Shown here piece by piece: positions 9,587 to 20,100 of a DNA stretch of 64,000 bases. Each line of letters starts with the position of its first letter. The stretch's first letter is position 1. Location: assembly GCF_964204645.1 (NCBI RefSeq), contig NC_134029.1, positions 21,012,950 to 21,076,949 of the forward strand, in the 5' to 3' direction. The DNA comes from Tubulanus polymorphus (Eukaryota > Animalia > Nemertea). A model generated the notes under the pieces. That model saw only the letters and a list, made by a program, of their open reading frames with translations, did not search any database and had not been told where the DNA came from. A program made the translations under genes and the position numbers.

Positions 9587-10619
9587 GACGCGAGAGAAGT
9601 GCCACGGATGCCATTATCACTTCCGTGACTCGGCAACTTTGCAGCGACACCAGGAGACGTGTGACTCGATCGCACGCGTTGGAGTCTCCTATCGATGCAC
9701 CGCGTGCGGGAAGACGGGCTCTCGGGCCGATTCTATCCGGAGACATGCGCGCCGGGATCACCGAACCCCGACTAAGGTCTTAAAAGTCGTAGAGGAACTC
9801 TGGGACCAGCCTCCCCGTGTCTCCCTGGGTGAGGGCGAACCACCAACGAAACGCGCGAGAGATAATTCTTCGTCGGAGCCGCAAATCGTTAATTCTTCGT
9901 CGGAGCCGCAAATCGTTAATTCTCCGTCGGAGCCACAGATCGTTAATTCTTCGTCGAAGCCGCACACCGTTAATTCTTCGTCGGAGCCGCAGATCGTTAA
10001 TTCTTCGTCGAAGCCGCGCACCGTTAATTCTCCGTCGGAGCCACAGATCGTTAATTCTTCGTCGAAGCCGCACACCGTTAATTCTTCGTCGGAGCCGCAG
10101 ATCGTTAATTCTTCGTCGAAGCCGCACACCGTTAATTCTTCGTCGGAGCCGCAGATCGTTAATTCTTCGTCGAAGCCGCACACCGTTAATTCTTCGTCGA
10201 AGCCGCACACCGTTAATTCTTCGTCGAAGCCGCTCACCGTTAATTCTTCGTCGAAGCCGTACACCGTTAATTCTTCGTCGGAGCCGCAGATCGTTAATTC
10301 TGCGTCGAAGCCGTACACCGTTAATTCTTCGTCGGAGCCGCAGATCGTTAATTCTTCGTCGAAGCCGCTCACCGTTAATTCTTCGTCGGAGCCGCAGATC
10401 GTTAATTCTTCGTCGAAGCCGCGCACCGTTAATTCTTCGTCGGAGCCGCAGATCGTTAATTCTTCATCGAAGCCGCTCACCGTTAATTCTTCGTCGGAGC
10501 CGCAGATCGTTAATTCTTCGTCGAAGCCGCGCACCGTTAATTCTTCGTCGGAGCCGCAGATCGTTAATTCTTCGTCGAAGCCGCGCACCGTTAATTCCCC
10601 TTCGCGTGCCGTTCTGTAG
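9587..10619 (+). CDS. ORF3: accessory protein with C2HC + C2H2 zinc fingers, PxVxL motif, NLS-like PPTKRAR and a Ser-rich 9-aa repeat tail; lacks its own ATG
   Basis: CHGC-x12-H-x3-C and CTAC-x12-H-x4-H. Preceded by branch point CCCTAAC (9532-9538), a polypyrimidine tract and AG (9585-9586). The listed ORF start at 9555 is GTG. Confidence 0.75.
9864..10592. repeat. Tandem array of 27 x 27-bp units with two mostly alternating unit types
   Basis: Type A AATTCTTCGTCGGAGCCGCAGATCGTT (NSSSEPQIV); type B AATTCTTCGTCGAAGCCG(CAC/CGC/CTC/TAC)ACCGTT (NSSSKPxTV). Total 729 bp. Confidence 0.97.
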
Positions 10620-10894
10620 AAAGATGGCGGTCGCAGCCGAGATCGATTGGGATCCGCCCGCGCGTAGTTCTTCGGCGCCTTTCGGTGAGGTGCATGTGCA
10701 CCCGTTGCCGCTGGGAGATATGATCATCTATGGATTCGACGACATGCCCGTCGACTGCGTAGCGTGCGAGATTGAAACGTCTTACGCTTAACTTTCGAAC
10801 CGGTCGTCGGTCGTTCTTACATATAAAAAAAAAAAAAAAACCTTCTTATCGCATTATATCATGTTACTTTCTTTCTTTCTCACGCGGGACGCGT

Positions 10895-10913
10895 GAAGGC
10901 TGGGAGGGGGTGG
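10895..10913 (+). other. Polypurine tract
   Basis: GAAGGCTGGGAGGGGGTGG directly before the 3' LTR. Preceded by hairpin TCACGCG-GGA-CGCGTGA (10880-10896). Confidence 0.85.
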
Positions 10914-13840
10914 TGTAGCGGAAATTCCGTGATGATGTTATAGGCGCCAAATTTAAATCACTTTCTTGCCTGCATAGCAGTTTTATAACCGGGCCAGAGC
11001 GCCAGTTTTGAATCCCTCATGTATCGCCACAGATAGCGTCTAATATTTATAGATCCTTAAAATAGCACCAATTATTCAATTTCCTTATCCTTTATTCCCG
11101 TTTATAACCTGGTTACCTTTCTTACTGCGTTGCGGGACGAACTCAGCTCGCGTCCGGTCGAGTTGTGTTCGTTGGGGGATTTTACACAGACTATGTTGTC
11201 TTACCGTCTTTATAACTATTCGGCGGAACCAGTTGTTCAAGAAATCAAACTGCTCTTAAAGCACATCAGTACGTCTTAAATCTTCTTACCAATACGTTCG
11301 TATTTATATCCTAACGATGTTATATTGTGATATATGAATTCCGCTCTAGTGAAGTCGAGTAGCGCCCGGATTCGGGCCGGTTCAATTTGGTACTCCGCGG
11401 TGCCGACCGCTTGAGTGCTCCCTCTTTCGGTGAACTACATTTTTTTTGTAACTAATTGGAAGTTAAATATTCTCTTGATAATAAATCTTTTTCTTTTCGG
11501 AGTTTTTAATGCTCGACTCGGACCGGAGTTCGTATAAATAAATCTATGCTTGTAGGTTCCGATCGAGCGACGTCGTGGACGGCGGTCAGTCACGCGTGAT
11601 CGTGACGTCACGCCGTACCACGTGATTTTCAACCTATTGGAGCGTAGCGGGGACAAAGGCGGGTAGCCAATCAGGACAACGCGGGGACAACGAGCCCTAT
11701 ATAAGGCGGGCAGCGCGCTAGTTTGGGATTCTGACCTGAGCGTCGACCACTCGCATGGTTCAATTTAGCTCTCTCTAACCAACGGATACTATATTCCAAG
11801 TTACAATGTAAGCAAGTTGTAGGCCTACCTCCCGCGTCCCGACGGGGACCGGGTTTCCTTTCCTCGGGGGGATGTGATTGAATTACGTTGCTTTTATTAT
11901 TGGTAATTGTTATTGTTTCCGTGCCGCGAGGTCCTGATTGTCCCCGGCCCTCCATGTTATTCTAAACTTCTGTAGTATTCGCCAATCATCACTGCGATAG
12001 TATTAGGTTGTCTCCAACGACAGCCCTTGTTTAAAGCTCTACCTAAGGTAATTCCCGTCCCGGGTGGGTGGATTTTGGCGATGGTGACTGGTTTGGGTAG
12101 GTTATTTCGGTCTCAGTCCGTTGACGGTCCAGATAGCTAGGCTATTGAAGACGACGAGGGTTATTGGTGCGGATGGTTCAGCCGCCTACGGGATTTGCCG
12201 GGTCCGGAGAGGACGTCTGATGTCGATGGTTTGACCACCTACGGGAATGGTATATTGGTCCACGGAAAAGCGAAGAGAGCGAAGAATGGGGTCTGCCGGT
12301 CAGCCGTTAGACGAGAATCTGCAGAGACTGAGTTCCAGTCGGGTGCTGGCACTGTCGCCGATTTCTTCCCTCCCCTCCTTAAGCATTAATCGCCTTAATC
12401 ATAGGGCATTACCCGTCCTATTCCACGAGAAGTATTATCGATCGACGATCGATCCCTCTAGTATTAAAATACGGACATTAGGTATTATTCTAACGAGTTT
12501 CCACATCATTGTGATGCTGGGACTGGGGCACAGCGAGGACTATTCCTCTCTGTCTCCCAGTCGCTCGAAATACCTCACGCTTGAGTTCTAATTCGAGTTA
12601 GATGATAATCGGGCAGCTAAGCCGTTTGACTTTAGTAATGCGCCGGCGGGACCTAACCGTTTCGGCTATATCCGCCTCGCGTTTCAACCATTTATGCAAT
12701 GCATCGTTGTAGAGTCGAATTTTATTCGGGGTCGCCTAGGCCTCGTTGCATTTATTTCCGCGGGCGATTTCGCGTGCGGTCCTTAGTATTTTTCTTAAAA
12801 CTGAGTTGAGAGAGAAGGGTGAGGGAATATCATTTTTGACGGTATTTTATTTCGTTGGGTCACTTGACCCCCCTTGAGTTTCGGAATTTGTCGGGTGACG
12901 ATCAACCATGCTGCCAGTGGTAGTCCAGGTCGAAACCAAGTCTCCCCTTGATGTCTTACTGCCTAAGAGGACCAGAGATGAGTGGCCCGAAGAAAGAAGG
13001 GCGGACCAGGGAACTGATCAGTCCCTGCGTCGGACCACCAGTGAAGGCGAATTCCAACCAAGATGAAGAATCCCTGTAGTGGTAGTTCAAGAGGAGGCAT
13101 TATCGAGTCGGTCCTTGGCCGGGTTCAGATATTGGGATCTGCTCATCGTCACCGACATTTCCGCTTCGGACTCAAGCCTTTTAATTATTTGACTCTCATA
13201 GTTCAACCCCCCCCCCCTTTTCTCTCTCTCTCTCATTTTTGGGTGTGAGCCTAATCGCGCCTTCGTACAATATTATATCCGTGGAACATGATTAGTTCTA
13301 CGAGCCGTCGTTATGCCTAAGGACCAGTTTATAAATGTTATAAACGTCCCTTGTTCCTGGGGATTTCCGAGAGTACACATATTTTATTACGAGTATTGGG
13401 AGATTGCTTTGATCTTGAGTGACGAGCAACACCCCGTTCTTTTAATCCGTTGTTGAGCTGAATAAACATGGCAATCGTTAATTTTTCACGAATAACGGTC
13501 TTATGTCTTATTTTGAGTGGATATCTGAGTCTGAGTCAGTTCGACCTGTTTCGGGAACAACCTTGGAATGAGGACGCGCTACCATGGAAACGAAAGGATT
13601 CCGAGTTGTTGATGATCGCCTTCAAGTTAAGGACGATTGGACCCGAAGACCCACCTAGAATCGATAGGAGGCACGACGTGTAGAGGGGATCCCCGACGAA
13701 GTTATTTGGCCCGGCCCGTGCGTTAGGGAGGCCAAGCTGTAGACCAGTACTGAGCGGCGGTATATTGTCTGGCGCAGCCATTGTGAGAAAATCTGGCCCG
13801 GAGAGCCAGTCGGTTACTGTGCCTGGCCTATTCGGTTACA
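10914..13840 (+). repeat. 3' LTR (2927 bp)
   Basis: Matches the 5' LTR. The only difference seen by eye is a C-run of 11 versus 13, shifting the offset from 9413 to 9411. Confidence 0.97.
13461..13466 (+). terminator. Probable polyadenylation signal of the retrotransposon (5' LTR copy at 4050-4055)
   Basis: The only AATAAA I found in the LTR downstream of the TATA box; followed by U/GU-rich sequence. Confidence 0.55.
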
Positions 13841-14196
13841 GAACTTAAGAATGATCAATCTGAATAGAAAGTTGGTACCGTATACGTTTTGCACAGAAAT
13901 ATGCATTGTGGAATAGTTGATTATAACCGCAGATGAACCGAGCCGGAACCGGCCTCGCGGGTGTGCGGTCACATAAAACCTTTATCGGTATATGTAGATA
14001 CTTAGCTCGATTGCATTATTTATTCGATAGACGGCGCCAAAGTCGGTGAATCATTGTGGAGCAATGCGGAAGTAATGATTAAATCGGAGACTTGCGGGAA
14101 TTGTTTCAGAATATTTGTCTATGATTTAAGTGAATGAATACGTCGTGAATTAATCAGTTAAACGCTCATTGTACGAATGAATGACACGCGTGAAGA

Positions 14197-17100
14197 ATGG
14201 CCAGCGAAAAACGAGAACGCGTTAAATTCGGGCATCATGACAGCGGAGTTAGTTCTTCAGTTGATGACAGCTCGTCGTCGTCGCAGTCCGAAGCAACCAG
14301 TCCGGTATCGACTACGTGCGCTTCGTCAGTCGGTGCCTTCACCGATCCGAAACAAGTGGACATGAAAACTGCCGACTCAAATTCGAATATGTCGACGGAT
14401 TCTAGCGACACGATGACCGACTCGGCGTCCTTGATCGCACGAGCTTCGAATGATAATTCTTCCGTCACGTTGTCTATGCAAAGTTCGTTAAGTTTCGACG
14501 AAGCCGACGGACACCTACCGCTGAACGCGTCGGAGTTCGCGGTGACATATCTCGGTAATCTGGTATTGGACCGACGCTACACTCAACCGATGCTTCCGTG
14601 GGTAATGGCCGAAGTGCGTCGTCGAAACGACGTGCTGTTCGTGAATCTGGAAATATGTCGCAACTATCTGAAAGCTCGACGGATGGACAACGGCGAGTTA
14701 CACTTCGAACATCGGCTTCAGAGTTTGTCGCGATTCGCGAAAACCCACCGTGACCCGAAATGTTTCGCTTATTTGACGCGACCGAATTCCGATTCGCCGT
14801 TTACGTGTCATGTTTTCGAAGCTTCGAGTGAATCCGATGTAAGTATGTGTAATGTCTACAAATGTCTGGCGTCGTGAAAACGTTTTAAACTTCAATCGTC
14901 TTAGTTTGAATTGTTGCCCATATTGAAAGTAACCAATAGCGATTAAACCGACGATTTGCGTTTAACTTTTTCTTGAAACTCGACCCGAGGCTTGATTTCG
15001 GCAGTATCCCATTGGGTGCTAGATTTTTTGTTGGGATATACTAAAACTTGAAATGAAACTGATTTCGCCCTTAGAAAGGCAAACTGAGATATCAACGCTT
15101 TGACACCTTGATGGGATACTGACAAAGAGATGATACTCTCTAGGATTGTTTAAATCGAGCATTGTTCATATAATTTGATTACTAAATATTTAGATTTAGA
15201 GGTGCACAGTTTAGGTGCCCCTAACCTAGCCTTAACCCTTAGTAATAGATGTGCCTAATATCTGGAAGATGACCTACTTTATTCAGAAGACTCGCCAGTT
15301 ACCCTGAATTGAATGCATGACCTTGGAGTAATTACACCAAGGTATGACTACGGTTCACCATAAAAAACCACACTTTTACTCAAGGAACAATTGTTATTTT
15401 TAAGCAACCTTTGAATACTCGTGTCCCCAAACTTTATTCAACCTGACCTAGGTAGTATTATTAGGACTCTATCTCTTGTACAATTCCGATAACAAAGGTT
15501 TATCAAATCCCCGAGTTACCCACGTTATCTTATCAACCTTATATGGAGGGTCTAAAAGCCAGACGTTATTGTTTCTGTATACTGGCGTAGTTGAAATCCA
15601 AACAAATTACTTTTCTCAAAATTTATCCCGATATTTTCTAGAGAGGGTGCGAGCTTATCAATGAGGAATATTGATTCGTATGAAATATACAGTCTGTAAT
15701 CTTGAGCAGTCTGTAGACTAGGCCTATATGAGTAGCATTAATTCTCCATTGTGTCACCGTTGTTGGACACAATAGGAAAATTTGCTTAATCAACAGAAAA
15801 AGTGATAGTATTTTTGTCCCCATGACTCATCAGAGCGAAGGGGGCTTTACCATCCATCCGTTCGTAGGTTTCTTTTGTACGGAATACGGGCATCTGTGGA
15901 TAGAATCTTATGAAACTTTATGATATGATGTCAGATCATGAAGGCAAAGCACGAGCCCTATTGATTTTGGAGGTTCAACCTTTCAAGATGACTGGTTCGG
16001 TTGGCCTTTTACAATAATGGAACTGTTCGTACCTATTCCGTAGTTGAACCGACAGGTTTTCTGCCTTTTCATCGGGTCAACTCCTCGATATCCTGAGACC
16101 CACTTTCTTCATTCGTATCCCTTATGGTATTCATGCCATGGACATTTTGTTGTTTTCGTGTCATCAAACAAGCATGTGATTCAATCGCAGCATTGTTTTT
16201 CGATTAATTACATATAATCTATAGTATTATAGCTAGCCCGGGTTCAGGTAAGCCTACAGCTGTGTCTGCGCAGTGAACCCTCTAGACGAGAATGTAATTA
16301 CCACTTAGAATCGCAGTATGAGGTGAAAAGCCATGTATAACACTTCGAAAATGTTGTTGTTTATTTACTATAAAATCGATGCGTTTTTCTCGCGGCAAGC
16401 ATTAGAAAATTTGATGTTTTATCAATAGATCAATACTGCGCCGTGTTTGATGATGATGGCATCGCGATGTAAGCACGATTCTCCCTAGACTTCCAATAAT
16501 GTTTATATATCGGTACAAAAATGTACAATGTGTTCATATATAAATTACGACTTGCTCTGTTCACACCCACCCTCTTTCACTAAGGCAAAACATACATTTT
16601 TGGATTTGTATCATGATCGGTCCAACTGTAAGTTTGTTTTCTCGGTGTTCATTCGTTTGGACAAGATTTTCATTTTCCTTTCCTCGAATTGATATATTTC
16701 AGGTGCCGCACTTGTTCAAAGTCATTCGGGAGGCGACGAAGGTCGCGGTTAAAGACCACCATCAACACACGGGGCGCGAAGGTCGTCAGGTGGAGAACAT
16801 GGGCGAGCTGATGCGCGCCGGATACCAATTCTTCGAGGTTCTCTACACGGGCCGAGTTCGCGTTTCGCAGAAGAACGCCCCGCCAACGTTCATCGACGAT
16901 ACGGTGAATAAATTCCTCGAGCAGCAGAAATTGAAAGCCGAAGAGGCCGCCACCGCCGTCGCGAAAGAGGCGAAACTCGACGACGGCCGGGAACGCCACA
17001 GTAGCGGAAACAGCGTACGAAGTTTGCCGAATAGTTTAGAAAACGCGGTCAACGTGAAAGAAAACGAGTTGAAAGAAAGCGAGGATAAAAGCAGCGACGG

Positions 17101-20100
17101 GTTGAATACGAGCGGCGAGCTGGTGGAGAGTACGTCGTGTAGCGAGACGACCAGTTCAAACGAACAACTACTCGATTCATCGCCGCGAGATAATAACGAT
17201 AATACGGTCGTTGAAAAACAGCCGAAACAACAACAACAGCAACAACGTCCCGCGCGTAAATTGAGCAATACGAAAAAACCGCACAGAAAGTTGTCGAATC
17301 CGCACGACAATCGAACAATGTTATTCCAGATCGGACACGAGGAAATCAGTCTGATCAGTCTCGATAAGAAGTCGATCATTTTGGACCGGAATTTTAAGGA
17401 TATATCGTTTTGCTCTCAGGTACGTGGTTTGGAATATCGGTGAATTTCTCAGTCGAATACGAAGTGGTTGTTTCTTTCGAAATGAATTTGATTGCAAATA
17501 GTCAACCCCCCTGATATGCCGCCTACATCAGTGCAGAACGATTTTGGCAGTATATCGGGGGTGTTTTACTGTGTATTTGTATAGAGATGTACATCGAGAA
17601 AACCTGGGGGTATTTGGTAGGGTGGTATATTGGGGGTTGACTGTAATACATTTTTCTTATTTCCTGGCTTAATCATTGATACAGAAAAATACCGGGAACT
17701 CATCTTTTGATTCAAGAAAACCTGCTGATTTATGACTTTAGTTTAAGCAGTGCCTTAATTTGCCTCAGTCCGTCTGCTACAAACCCTGCTAGAAGAAGAA
17801 ACGTTTAGATTTTTAATCGAAATCGATTTCTTTTTTTAGGGAGTTCAACATCCAGAACATTTTGGATTTATCTCGCGGGAGCCGAGCTCTAGCTCATTTA
17901 TCTGTTACGTATTCCAGTGCGCGTCGGATATCGTGGTAAGTTAGCGCCATCGTTTCCCCTCATCAACCACCCACGTCCCACTCGCTTATTGATATATGGA
18001 TTCACCAGAATTTTGCCGATATTGAGATGTACGACAACGAGCCGAGCAATAAATCTAAAGAGCTTTTCCGTCGAGCATAAAATCTCTATCATCTCCATCT
18101 GAGGATGGAATAAAATGTCAGATTTTGGCTCCATAATTCTCTTCTCTCGCGACTGACGCTGACAGAATAAACAATAAGAACCTCTGTTTTAGTTGTTGTT
18201 TGTTATGCTCTCAGACTCAGCTGATTGTGTTTCGTACTGTTTACAAGCGAGGTGAAGGTCGGACGGTAATCATAGGCAACTTTAGATGCAGATTTATAGC
18301 TCGCCCTACTATGTAATAGTTTATGCTACTATCGTTTTGTTGACGTTTCATCCTATTATCCGCTGATTAAATGAACAACAACATTGAGATACAGTGCATT
18401 CTGTTCCCTCTCAACTATACAACAACAATGTATTTATATACATGTATTTCGAACTACATTCAACCAACGCTATTCATTGCAACAGATGGTTCACCGGGCT
18501 ATTATTGCACGCATGGAGATCTCTGCGATAAAATCAATTACATAAGTTTCATTTGACACAGACGTTTACAAATAAAGGCATTGAATTTCTTCTTTCTTTT
18601 TTGATTGATAGGAAGTACAGATTTTGTGTCCTGCATTTTTGACAAACTGTTTTTGCATACAAAAACTCCAGACACCGTACTTTATCAGGCGCTTAAAAAT
18701 CCTTTAAAACCGAAAATTCTTGTGCTTGAAACTCCTTTAATCTGAGCAAAATACTTAGAATTCCTTCAATTTTTAGAAATAGGGAATTAGACATTTTTTC
18801 TAGTTTATATTTGTACCATAAGCTATGCCTGTATTGGTACATTTGGGACCAGGATTTTTTCTACCCGAAAGGTGGTTACGCAATTAGTAACCGAGTGTAG
18901 TAGTGTATAGGAGAAAAGTTTGCTTACAAAATGACCAAATAAACGGGTTTACTGAGATGATTTAGGAGTCTAATAGTAATTAGGATATGAACGCAATGCG
19001 GACACTTCCTCGAAATTTGAAATTTTTTCGTTTAAAACTTAATATCCAGGAACATCTGTAGGGACCCTGATTATGCAATCCATCTATGGGAAGATGTTGT
19101 TGATTGTCTCTTTATTTCAGGTCGAAGATGTGATGCAAGCTTTAAAGATGGCATTTGACGCAGCGTATAATAAGTTTCATACGCGAAATCATATTGTGTG
19201 TGAAATGTGTCCGATGCATCAGTTGCACAAACTCTGTCAGGATATCGATGGTTAGTGATGTTCAAATTGTTCGACGATTTAAGCCCGGACTGACCTGAAA
19301 AACTTGGGGAATCAGAAAAATCTTGAAAAAAATCAGGGAATTCGTAAATAAGCATTGAGTGGCCACCCTGCAAGAAAGACTACAAATGAATGAAATTATG
19401 CACTGCGCTTGGGGTTGGCGGCTTCCGATGGCCTCGAATATTATCGAACTTTGAAAAAAAATTTTCGAATACTTTGAAGAATGCAGGTTGTTGAAATATG
19501 GTGGTGACGATTCTGGAAAACCAAGGGAACTAATTTCTCTCAGGGAAAAATAGGGAATTTTATAGAATTTAGAAGAAAACCAGAATGAAGAAGTCTCAGT
19601 GAAAGCTGTTTTTACGTATCTATACCGGGCTTATTCTCTGCCTACCGGGTCTGTATTTGTGAACGTTTCCTTTTTATCGGAGTGTATACGCCTTCAAAGT
19701 GTGGAAGTCAAATTATTTGCTTTTTCGTGGAACTACTAATGGAATCTAAAATCTGCCCTCGCACGAAAATCACATGCAATCTTCTAATGTGGAAAATGTC
19801 ATTTTAAGCCCTGTGGTTAACGGCAGGTAATGCGACATGAATAATCTCAATTCATCGCGGCGAATGAGTTTCGCGTAGGTGTTTTTTCATTTTTCCGTCG
19901 CGCGATGATAAAGAAAGTTCAAGTTTGATGTGTATCTTAGATTTCTTCCTTCGTTTGATCACTGTTTGGTACCGGTGTATCTAGAAGGCTATCGCCGAGA
20001 CACACTGGATCAAAGTCGCGTCATTCTGTGTTCTGTATAATCATATGCTAGTTAATTAGGATGCTATGAAATCGGGGTTTGTAGCGAGTCTGATAATTTC

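Larger units (their letters stand above)
1501..13840 (+). mobile_element. Full-length Ty3/Gypsy LTR retrotransposon with an extra zinc-finger ORF
   Basis: TGTA...TACA termini, 4-bp TSD GAAC (1497-1500, 13841-13844), two LTRs, PBS, PPT, gag, and pol in PR-RT-RH-IN order with no internal stops. Confidence 0.98.

Noticed and set aside
9864-10592. CRISPR-like array
   Set aside because: Contiguous tandem units with no unique spacers, no cas genes, and a eukaryotic context.
9555-10619. ORF3 as an env glycoprotein (many N-S-S sequons, env position)
   Set aside because: No signal peptide or transmembrane helix; it has zinc fingers and an NLS-like motif instead.
9758-10727. Long minus-strand and alternative-frame ORFs over the array (GSDEELTIC, LRRRIN, LILRRSR repeats)
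   Set aside because: They are by-products of a stop-free 27-bp unit and have no supporting start or splice signals.
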